Of a stretch of 64,000 nt of DNA, positions 29,115 through 41,295 are shown one piece after another (positions within the stretch are counted from its first letter, which is position 1; each line of letters opens with the position of its first letter). The stretch comes from Auanema rhodensis (Eukaryota > Animalia > Nematoda), in contig OZ059896.1 of assembly GCA_964057225.1 (NCBI GenBank), positions 8,308,001 through 8,372,000 on the forward strand, read 5' to 3'. Below the pieces are notes generated by a model that was not told where the DNA came from, did no database searches, and worked only from the letters and a program-made list of their open reading frames with translations. The position numbers and the translations under genes are program-made.

Positions 29115-30303
29115 AAAAGAAAGAGAAAGAGAGGGAGGGAGAGAGATGAGTGAATAAAAATTAAAAAAAAGATTTTCATATATTTAACAGTTGAATAGCT
29201 AAAGTCTGAAATTTCTAAATTTAGCTTTAAAAAGCCTTCTTTTTCAAACAAGTTAATATTCATTTTCATAGAATTATTGCATTTTTATCCAAATTATATG
29301 AATTAATAATTAAAATTAAATGAATGGAAGTTTAATTTTATAATTATATCATTGATCAGCTATCTTAATATCTTTTTTTTATATATTTAAATATATAACC
29401 TAGAAATAATGATTTTATATTTTTTAATAAAAAGAAAAAGATACTGTGAGAAAATTCGTACAGAAAGAAAATGTTCCTCTTCAGAGTATGTTTGAAGTGT
29501 TTCTCATATAGTCAAAACTTCGGAAGGATGTTGGAGAAACAACATAACGACTAATGAACTCTATTTTCTAAGTTCAAGATAATGAAACTTGAACTTCCTT
29601 CTTTTAAAATAATATATTCATTTCTAAATAAATATGTATATATATACATATATATAAAGATTTCAGATTTTTAAGTTTTTTTAATTATAATTTATAGTTG
29701 AGAAAAATCTTTGAAGATAAAAAAATCTTGAACACAAATATAAAAATTTGTGGTCTTTGCATTGCAGAAAAAAAAAAGAATTTTTTGAAGAAACAAATGT
29801 GACAATCCCAACTAAATTAAACTATGCAAGTTGACTATATATATATAAATATAAAATATGTTATTTCAAGCGTTAAATAATTGTATAAATTGTGAAAATA
29901 TTAACATCTATGAAATAAGTTGTGTTCTGCTAGTCTTAGCAAAGAGACTGTTCAAAATTAAAATATCTAAAAATAACTTATTTAAGTCGTTGTCTTTCTT
30001 TTCTTTTCTTTTTTTTTGTTTATCAATGGAAAAAAAGTTTTGTTTTAATTTGAAATTCTTTTCTAAGAAAATATAAAAGTCAGAAGAGAAAAAAATTGAA
30101 ATCCTAGAAATGCTGCTTGAACCAACATCTGATTTGGAAGGAATAAATAGCCGTGAATGTGAAAAGAGAATGATTGAATAGGAGAACTTTGATTATAACC
30201 TACGTTTTAACCTTTCAACTTTGAAAATGCTTCAAATAGATAATTGGATACTTTAAACGAGTAAAACACTTTCACGCATGGATTTGGAATATTCGAATAA
30301 GCT

Positions 30304-30320
30304 TCACGTGAGTCACGTGA
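30304..30320. promoter_or_regulatory. Tandem TCACGTGA E-boxes with an overlapping TGAGTCA (AP-1) site
   Basis: Sequence TCACGTGAGTCACGTGA. Confidence 0.5.
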
Positions 30321-33300
30321 TGAAATAATTTCTAATTTTTAACTAAAAGTGGTAGACGAACGACTGCATTCTTTAAATATTCTATTTTTTCGTTTCCCAG
30401 AATTTTTAATCAAATTTGAATACATTGATTTAGAACTTATGGAAGAGGAGCAAGCATATCATAGAACGTTTAGCTGTTCAGATTCTCAAGTAATTTAAGT
30501 GCAAAATCTTTTTTTTTGGTAAAATTCCACATTCTGAATAGCTATTGGAACTTCTTAAGAACCCCCTATGGAAGTGAAAGTGACATTCTAACTTAAGAGA
30601 GGAAATGATGTGAACTTGAAGTTAAAAGCCAAAAAGTATGTTCGAGATAGGAAAGAATAGCTGGATATAAAAGGAGGGCATATTTGAGATTAAATGAACT
30701 TAAAGTTTTATATTGTATGTATAATTTTCAAAAATTATTGTATTCATAATGAAAATAAGTAAATCTATTTCTTTTTATTTTAGAATTTAATATATAATAT
30801 ATAAAAGCATTTATGCGTATAATTTAGCAAACATTATCGATAACAGAAATGTGAAAATCATATTAGTGTATGCTTCTGCTTCAGTTCACGCCTAGATAGT
30901 AAGCGTGATTAAGTCTTCTAGTTAAGCGTTACCATCTGATCTGGAAATATTTATATATAGATGATTATATATTCATATAAACATATGTATCTATATCTCT
31001 TGTAACTATATACATATAATTTATAAAAATATACATGTATATGCATATCTGTGCAATTTGACAAAATAATAAATTTAAAGGAAGCTTCCAGTCCACAAAA
31101 ATTTTTAAAAGCTTGATTACACATTTTTCCATGTCTTTTGTATTTTTTTTAAATATTTTGAGTCACTTGACAAGATGATCTTCTCGTTTACACTCATTCA
31201 AATTGCCAACTAGACAACCACTTGACTGGACTGTAGATACACTAAACGAGATGATATTGCTAACCTGTCTTTTGTCATCAGAGCCTCTTTTCAGCTTTTA
31301 AAACTAAGCACTATATTCTGAAAATCTCTTGTTTTTTCTATCTTTAAATTAACAAATAATCTCAAGAAGAACCATAATGTTAAGGAGAAATAATACACAC
31401 TACATATGTTCTAGTTTTAATGAAATATATTCATATTTTACTAAAAATTTTTCCATTTTCTTCATTCTCGCAAGCTATATTTTGTTCTTTTTTTTTATTT
31501 TATTTAAAAGTTTGTGATATAGCCATATGACGTTTAATACATTTTCATGAACAGACGAACTGTTTTTCATGTGATGCTTCATTGATTTTAATGTTCTTTC
31601 ATATCTATTGTTCAATACATCTGTTTTGGGGGCATTTCAACAGAAAAAACTGAACACAGATGACCGTTAGAGGTCTGTTAAACGTCACCTATGGGTTTCA
31701 TTCTGACAACCACAAGTAGTAGTTACAACATATTCACATGGCCATCATGATGATAATGGCTAGCCAATCTGAATAGCCGAGAAGGAACACAACAAACCGG
31801 ACTGTCTCATTTGATGACCTGTTGAGCTTTTGAACGAATAGGTCCATGAAAGTGTCTATGCATGTATGTGAGAGAGAGAGATATAGAAAGAGATAGAGAG
31901 AGAAAGAAAGAAAGAAAGAAAGAGAGCGACAGAGAAAGAGAGAGAATAAAGAGACAGACGGGAGAAAAGCGAAAGAGCAGGATGAGGACAAGAGATACAC
32001 CTACATATCATAAACTAAAAATGAGTACATTCCATATGCACAGAAACCAAATTTGTACTCTCGTTATGCCTATTACCTACAGCTGGGTGTTATTCATCAA
32101 TTAATTATATGAATATCAATATACTTTACTATCCACGTGTAACACATCTTTTGTATTTCTTCATGCGCATCAGTGAGTTCAGCTGATATTCTGCTATTTC
32201 CCTCATTTCTTTTCAATTTCTTTGAATTAGATGTTTCTTTTTTTCTATTTAATAGTTTAATTTGGTACAAATACATACATATATATACACTAATATATAT
32301 GTATATCTTTGTTTTTAATAATAATAATATATAATAAATCAAATTTAATTATATTAACTATATATAATACATTCAAATATACTTATACATATGTACATCT
32401 GTACATGTAAATACATGTATGTATATCCCCTATTATCTTTGACTCCTTTAAAATATTTGTAATTATAATTGGAGTAAACAATTCATAATAAATATTAAAT
32501 CTTAAAAACTCCTAAATAATCATTTTATGAAGGTAAATATACATATGTATATTCGTATAAGTATAATACTAATTACTAATAATAGAATTATAACCAATTC
32601 TATTGTCTTATTACCTTAGATATACATATAAATTTATAGTTATATGTATGTCTATATACAATCTATATAACTATGAGATACATATGCTTTCATTTCATTG
32701 GATAATTTACTAACATCTGCAATATCATTTGAAAACTGTATGCTTCATGAAATGAAGAAATAAAATATGAAATTCTTATTTACCAGCTTTATTTTTTGTT
32801 TTTTTAAATTCTCAAAAGTTTTTGGAAAAGTATCATCTGACCATCCATTAAGTATTCAATTTCAAAAATTGAGATTCATGTACAAAGGTCAGGAAAAACT
32901 ATATCAGCTTAAGACGTTAAATACTATGAGAATATAAATGATTGAAATGAAATTTAAACTTTCAGTTTTGAACTTTGTTTTTTGTTGTTTTCTATATAAA
33001 TTTGGAATCAAATATAACATAATTCTCTTGAAAAACTTTAAGTTTAAGCTTAAATAATGCTTTTCATATAAAATTTTATCATAATATAATACAAAATGTA
33101 ATTATGATCCTAATTATACTGTTTGAAGTATATTCTATTTTTCAGGTTGACACATAATGCTCATTAAAACCGACATTAATCGGTAATACAGAAAAGTCAA
33201 TTAACCGATTTTAGCGGCGTAATCATCTTTCTCATAGTTAATGGTTCTATATAAAGCTGTTGGCCATCATCCATCATGCTTTAGACTGAAAATGCTGACA

Positions 33301-34540
33301 TAGTAACGTTTCATTATCCTAAAATGAACATTAAAGAATATAGAAAGCAAGAAAGTAAAAGGGAATGATGAGAAAGAGACATAGAGAAAGAAAGATGGTA
33401 GATATAAGAGAGAAATTAAAAATAAGCATTAAGTACAAAGAGAGTGAAAAAAAGGAAAAAGAAAGAGAGAGAGAGAGAGAGAGAGAATAGCACAACAATA
33501 ATTAATTTTATAAACAAGAAAGGCTTGAACTCATAAAATTCATTTAGAAAAAGCTTTCAACATTGTCATATTATCTAAAGTATATAATTTATAAAATTAT
33601 CTGTGGTCTTTTCTATGAAAATTAAAAATTCTTACATATTATAAAAATATTTTTATAAATTCTGTATGTGCTTATATAGTTTTTGTAATCTTTGTTCTCT
33701 CTCTCTCTCTCTTTTTCTGTTTTCTGATTATTCAATAGTTCATTGACAATCAAATCAATAAGATCTTTTCGTGGATTATTAGGAAAAATTGTTTTGTTTG
33801 ATTAGCCTCTGTAGTTCTTCCAACTACAATTTAATCATAAAATTGAAGCTAATATGTGGTAGATTCGTCAACAATGCCATCTAGATTTTTTATTCTTATA
33901 TCGTTTTAAATATTATAACTTACTTTATATATATAGTTAAAATATACTATATGTATATAGTTTCATACATATATAATATTCTTCTTTTTTTAAACTTTTG
34001 ATTTTGTATATTGCTACTAATGTTTCAAGATTAAATAGCGCTAAGTCGGTGAACAAAGCCATTTATTCATCAGCTATTATTCTCAAATTTCTTTTTTTTT
34101 TCTTTTCTAAATTGTTCCAATTTTTTTGGTTCTTCCTTTTTATGTTTTTGTTGTCTGTCCTCTATTCACTAAACGATTAGAGCGAGTATAATAGCTGCAA
34201 CATGACCTGATGAACTATCAGGTCTTTCCTCTCCTAATAACTTGCCCTACCTCTCATCCTCACCATCTTTCATCCTTCCTCTTCTTGATGAAAGGATCTA
34301 TTGTCGAGCTGGTACGAAGTATGACCGCGAGCAGTCTGTCAGAACTTTTTGTTATATTTCCATACATGAATATGTAAAAATTTGTATATATTTTATAAAT
34401 ATATAGCTCTATTTTTTTTCTCTTAATGTATTTTTTTTTAAACTTGATCCTTCCATTACAGCTTTTAAATATTACCAAAGAATCAAAGTTGGTGTTAAAA
34501 GATGAGGAAGTTATTTCCTCTTATTAACCCCCCCCCCCAC

Positions 34541-34573
<33 letters not shown>

Positions 34574-35071
34574 ATTTTTGTCATTTGCATGCTTTCTATC
34601 TCACTGTTTTCTTCATGAACTAACTCCATCTGTTCATTTATTTGACATAAATCGTTAAAGCTTGATCTGAAAGCTATTAGTAATAGACATGCCGATGTCC
34701 AACTAATTCCGTTTAATTACGTGAAGCTCATGATGAATGACCTTTTCTATAAGAAAGATACATTCTACTATTAACTGTTACTGCCGTTTAACTAACTATA
34801 CTGAATCAGAATAGTTATGTAATTCACTAGTTTTTCTATTCCTCTTTCCTTTTCTCTCTCTCTTTTCCTCATTTTCTTAAACAATAATGAGTTGAATTCT
34901 TTAATTATACTGATCACCAATCTCTATTATCTAACTAAGCTTTTGAATACTATCGTAATCCAAATTAAACCTTTCATATCATCATCATTTCATCTTTTTT
35001 TCTTTTTTTATAAGAATACTATAACCATTATAATGTGAATAATCTTAATTTAAATTGAAAATCTTTAATTA

Positions 35072-35120
35072 ATAATAAATTTAAAAGTTAAATAGTACAT
35101 TTAACTTTTAAATTTATTAT
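35072..35120. repeat. Perfect 22-bp inverted repeat with 5-nt spacer
   Basis: ATAATAAATTTAAAAGTTAAAT-agtac-ATTTAACTTTTAAATTTATTAT. Confidence 0.92.
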
Positions 35121-35699
35121 GATATAAGCTATAGTATTTCTTATTATATGTTACTAAATCAAACTGGTTTTGCAATTCTTAATTAAAGGTAAACAATACG
35201 TGTACTGAAGGAGTTGAAGGATATTTAATCTGCTTACATTTCATTATACTTAACACATAAGTCTTTCCTACCAAGGTTATAGTAAGAAATTCAATTATAT
35301 TAACTTTCATCAAGAATATTTTGAATTTATTTTCTAAAGAAAAATATAATTTAGTTGTTATTTTTAATTTATTTTAATATTTTAATACATGTAAAAGAAT
35401 TGAAAATATAATATTATACATATACATACATATAAGTATGATCATATATACAATACTATATATAGTATATCTTCATATAGTATAGACAATATATGTATAT
35501 AATAATAATATTATTATTATTATATGTATCTCTTGTTAATACTAATATTAGACGGTATGGAAATGAGCTTCTATTTCAATCTCAAAACTTCCCTCATACT
35601 GTCTCATTTCATCTCTCATTTCTTTTATTCTCAATATCTATAGCTCACATCTCTACACTGTTTTCTTTTGATTTTAATTCTCTTTCTCTTTTCCATTTC

Positions 35700-35703
<4 letters not shown>

Positions 35704-35744
<41 letters not shown>
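35704..35744. repeat. (TC)n microsatellite
   Basis: About 20 perfect TC units. Confidence 0.95.
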
Positions 35745-35747
<3 letters not shown>

Positions 35748-38700
35748 AATATATATTAATAAGTTTTTCTTTTTATCTACGGAAATGACTATTGATGATG
35801 ACACGATCTATAAAAGGAAGAATAAAGAGATGAAAGAATTTCTAACACTTGTTCCATAATAAGAGAATTTGACACTTCCTACTCTTTTATGCCAATTCAA
35901 AGATATTATTGACAGTAATCCTATGATGGCAAGGTGTTCGTACATTCGATCTCTTCTCACCTCTATGCTATAGGATGTTTCTCTGCTCTATCTCTTCTTC
36001 TTCTCTCTGGAGCTCTCTTTATTGTATTCTTTTCTCTCATCATATCTCAGTTATGTATAACACCTTGTTGTTCTTTCGAATAGAAATTAGCATATAATCT
36101 TTCAATATAACTCATTCGTAAGTAATAAATTCAATAATTACTTCAAATGATTCAATATAATTATAGAATTAGTTAGAAGTTCAATGATTTTTATGTATGT
36201 TATAGTTTCATCTGAACAAATAGTCTTCATACAAATCATTCACTCTAAATTTCTCTTTATATTATATGAGCATGGATAGATTTTACCTTGATCATGTATT
36301 ATAATCTCAGCTAAAGGAGTTCAATTTTTAGAATTTATTAATATAAGTAATTACTACAAGCAATACAACCAGTCGTTCGCCTTTATTTGCAAATAAATGT
36401 GATCAGGGCCAACAACAGAGGGCACGTGGATGCTCACGTAACTTTCACGTAATTGTGGCGTACAAGGCAGTTAGTTCATTGGAAGAGATCCATCTGTACA
36501 TTCCATCAGAGCTATAAAAAGATTTTTTAAACAAGAGATATTATATAATAACTATACAATTCTAATAGGTAAATGGTTTAGATGGTATACTGTTTATCTA
36601 CATATGCTTGTATAGAATGCATAGATGGATGTATGTAGAACCACACCTGTATTGCATTTTTATTATATAATCTAATAGAATTACGTGTCATTATGGAATG
36701 GTTCTTATATTATTTATATATATACATATATGTATGTATATGTTATATAAATCTACCACATTCATATGTATATTCATTTATATTTTTTTTTAAAAATATA
36801 TAAATTTTGAGTTGGACAAGTTATATAAGTTTCATAAATTATATAACCTATTCTAGTTAAATATTATCTGATTATCATTATTCTACTAAACAAATGCTAT
36901 TAGAATCTTTTCAAAAGCTTCAAAATGTTATAATTAACTTTTCAAAGTGTCAACATTAATTTTCATAAAAATCTCTTTCTATCTAAATACCTAAACTCAT
37001 CATCATCTCTCTCTCTTTCTTTCTTTCTTTGGCCCTCCTTCTCTCTTATGTTTCACTTATGTGATAGTATTCTATTCTGCTTCTTTCTTACCCTCTTCCC
37101 TCTCATTCTCATTTCTGATTGTCAACTCTGCTAGTCCTCTTTAGATTGAGCCAAAGGTCCCGTTAGTAGCTCCGCCCAGTTCTTCAACTAACAGATGACC
37201 ATTGTAGACAGCTTTTTCTTCCATATTCTTGAATAACTAGCTAAAACATTAACTTTATTTATGATTTCTTAATATATTTGTTTAATATAAATATTTTTAA
37301 TTATTTAATATGATATATCATCTAAGTTATAATAGTTTTTCAAACTGATCATTAGACTCTAATAGATTTTTACATGTTATCACTAAATGCATATTCCTCA
37401 AAAATACTTTTCTCTTATTCCTTATAAATATTTTATAAAAAAGACATGACTATCGTTGAATAGCTGAAATCGGAACGTAAAATCTTTCCTTCATTTCTTT
37501 TTTTTTGCTCAAAGAAATCTTCAGTCCTAACTCTAGATTTCCTGTTTATTTCAATGTTGAATTCTCGAGAAATTGAGCCACATCGTTCTACCTCAATCAC
37601 AGCTGGAAATTTATCCTCAATTTTTGTGTCATTTAATTGCTTTCAAACATGCAAATAAAGGGAATCTTTACAAACTTTTTTTCAGCTTCAACTCATTAAT
37701 CTTATTACATTTCTAACACAAAATTTTCGACATACAACATTCCAATTTTCAGTGATTATTTTGCCTCAAATATCGAAAAATATATGTAAAGCTTATGTTG
37801 AATTCTGAAATATGTAATCATTTGCATGACCTATCTCCATAAAAAGTGCAAAAACTCTTCTTCCCTATACCGTTGCCAAGCAAGCTAAGCCATGCGAGGA
37901 GCAGCACTAAGCTTATTTCAATAGACCCATCTTCAGAGAAGGAAAATTGTTCTCATTAGTTCTTCATTTTTCTTTTTATGTCATTCTATGTACACCTTTC
38001 CGTCAACCTTTAGTTCATCATCTCTTATTCTTCGTTACGTCTCTTTTACCTTCATTTTAGCAAACTTCATTCTGATAGCTTTCAAAATAAATGAGATTAC
38101 ATATGATGTTTATGCTACATGTCTTCATTTACATCTATCTAAGTATCTATAATTCCAATATAAATTTGTTTTAAAATATGAAATATACATATAGACATGT
38201 ATGTATATTCATTAAATTGATAATAATTCTTTAATATATCTAAATATTCTTTTTATTTTCTCATCAAAACTTAGTTTCTTATTCAATTATTCTTGTTCCA
38301 TTTTCCCAGCCCTGATTTTCACGGTTCACAAGTGTTGAAGCTGTTTATTGCCATTTACAATCAGTGTACCTTGTGCGGTCAACTAGTATCGAACTCACAT
38401 GTGGCTATCAGACAACATACATGGTTCTATAGATAGATTGATCGAAAAGTAATAGATATCTACAGATACCATTAGAGCAGTAACTTACACGGATTCCTTC
38501 CTGTTCTTCTGTGTTCCGGCTGTTCCTGTTCTTTTTCCCATCTGGCATCTGGATTGCCTTAATCCCACTTGTGTATTTACAGTTGCAATTCGTCCTCTGC
38601 CCACCCGCGAAACAACTAATCTCTCCCTTCTGCTCTTTCCGTTATCCAGCGCAGGCCGTGGCCATACATGTCCATCATAGATTCTTAATGTTTATCCTCG

Positions 38701-41295
38701 TCTGTGCCGCGAGTTTGCTAAGTTTCTGCTTCATCTTTCAAAAAATTTCTAATTTATCCCAGGAAGAATCTATGCACATATGTAGATTTCGGAAAATGCA
38801 ACACTTAGGCAAAGTTCAGCACTTCTAAACCCTCCCTCCATTTGTGCATACTCAAGAAAAGTTACAGCAATTCATGATTTTTAATATCTTAAAATTGTAA
38901 AATATTTTTTATATTGAACTATGCTAACCCCATAAGTGCAATCTGTTCCTCTTCCTAATACATTGCTTAATCGAGTTTAAGTGAGACGTTATCTGAATAG
39001 AGACAGTCATCACTTGACGTTGAAGACAGTATCCATTGAGAATTTCATACAGAATAAACCATTGTGTATGCCTGACCATCATCGTCAAACAACGATCCTC
39101 GTCTTACTGAGCTTACACTGAACAAATCATCTGCTTTCATTTCATTTTTTCCATCAAAAAAGGAAGATTATCTCTTTCCTGTTTGAATGGCTAACGATAA
39201 CCCTCGTATCTACACCCCTGCTGAGTATTCAAGATATGTTGCAGCTGTTTCTATACTTTAACAGTTTTATTTGAAATTTTTGATTTTTATTCTCTTATAT
39301 TCAATCTCTCTCGCATCGTTTTGCTTTATGACATTTTTAAATCCTTCATATTCATTTAATAATTTTTTTGAATGGAAACAATTCTTATTCAATTTATTTA
39401 ATTAACACCATCACTTCTCTCTCTCTCCCTCCCATTTTTCCCGTAACAACTGACAATGCTTGATTCACATATTTATTAAGTTATATCTTTATTTCAATTG
39501 AAAAGCTTGAATTTATTCAGAAGAAACAAATCTGTTTTAGCTAATATTTAACTTTCTTTGTAAATACATTTTTAGAATCTCAATTTAAAATGCTATCAGT
39601 TTGCATTATCTTTCACAGTCTAATTTGATGAAACGTTCTATTGTTATTTAGTTTTCAGATTATCAGTTTTATATATTTCCTCGTTCTGATCATCCTCTAT
39701 TCATTTGTTTTAGTTATTTAACAAACTTAGTTCTTTTCGTTCTTTAAGTTATTTCATCTACCTTTTGAATTTGAAAAACGGTTACGTGGAATAATTAATC
39801 AGAACATTTTAAAATTATTTTTTTATAATTAAATCAGTTAAATCGGTTGCATTTGTTGTTTCATTTAGTTTTTTTGAGCTTCTTACACATTTTTATTTGA
39901 ATATGATTTAACTGCCAATAGCACAACCACTTTCTAGACTTGCCGACCTCCTGGTCCATCTGTCATCCCTTTCCTTTTCTTCTCTTCTTACATAATCATA
40001 TCCGAACCGTTCGTCATGCTAGGAACGCCTTCATCTTTCTGCTTCCTTAATTCATCAAATATCGTTTGACCATCTATCACAAGCTCTTTTCAATAACTTA
40101 AGAATGTTATTATTATTATTTTTTTGCAAAATAAGAACCAAAAGAGTTGTAATTCCACATTCTACAACTTCTATTTTTTTCTCGTATCAAAACATCTGTT
40201 ATGCAACTTGATGAGCTACTTCGATGGTTTTTCTTCTTCATATAACACAAAAAAGATCTTCACGTGTCTTTCTTCAAACAGTATATCATTTAAATTTCTT
40301 TATTCTATTTCATAGCTGTCAAACCGTTTTTCATGTTAAAGTTTCAACCCACTGAAATTCTTTGTATTACCAACTTCATTCCATCTATTTTTCATCCGCG
40401 ATCACGCCTGTGACAGCTTTACTTTATGTCCTTCATTTCTATTCGCATTTCGTTAACAAAAAAAGAATATCTAGTATATCCTAGATGTATGAGTTTCAAA
40501 CAAAAAAAAGAAATAATCAATATTTATTTTAGTGTTTTAATTATATTTCTGCTCTTTATTCACCTCCATGGCATCAATTTCTTTAGTTTTTTCCCTCATT
40601 TGTTTATGCTTCTTGTCATGTCTTCTGACCAATAGACTTCTCTGTAATGGTCTCTCCCAGAACTTTTCTCACTCTTTCTCCATTTTCTCGTGTTTTATCT
40701 CCATATCTAACAGACAATTCTATTTGTTATTCAACTTTTTTTTTTCCAGTTCAGCTCAAACCAATTCTGAATTGTCAACTATATGTATGTATATTTTGAA
40801 ATTTATTTCATAATTTCCTATAACTATATATTCGTTTTCTTCTCTTATGCACTCTAAACAATAGAATTTACTCTTTAAGCTTATTTATTTATATTATAAT
40901 ATATTTCATCTAACAAGCATTCAATGCTAGCTTTCATGTTCATCATACACATTGAAGTCTTTTTTCTTTTTCTCAAAATTAATTTGTAAATCATCTCTTA
41001 AGGTTCATCTTTTACTATTATTCATTCTGATGTTTCTTATTGAACATAAAATCTGACATAATCTTTTCTTCTGTTTATTTCTGTTAGTAAATGATTCATT
41101 GTTGTTTTAATCCTTCTATACATAGTATTTCATTATTCACTAGACATACTAGAACTAAAGCTTCTCTTCAACTATTTATAATCACTTTTACCTTATGTGT
41201 TCTTGTTTTTCTGTAATTTTTATTTTTTATTTATATTTATATATAATATTCAGAAATACCTGTTGAATTTTGCCTTTACGAGTAATGACAAAGCA

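Noticed and set aside
31620-31650. Resemblance to the miR-90 reverse complement (GGGGCATT)
   Set aside because: The seed region does not match.
34204-34224. CTGATGA within an 8-bp hairpin (hammerhead or C-box-like), also at ~43593 and ~48854
   Set aside because: No stem II plus GAAA core for a hammerhead ribozyme, and no properly spaced D box.
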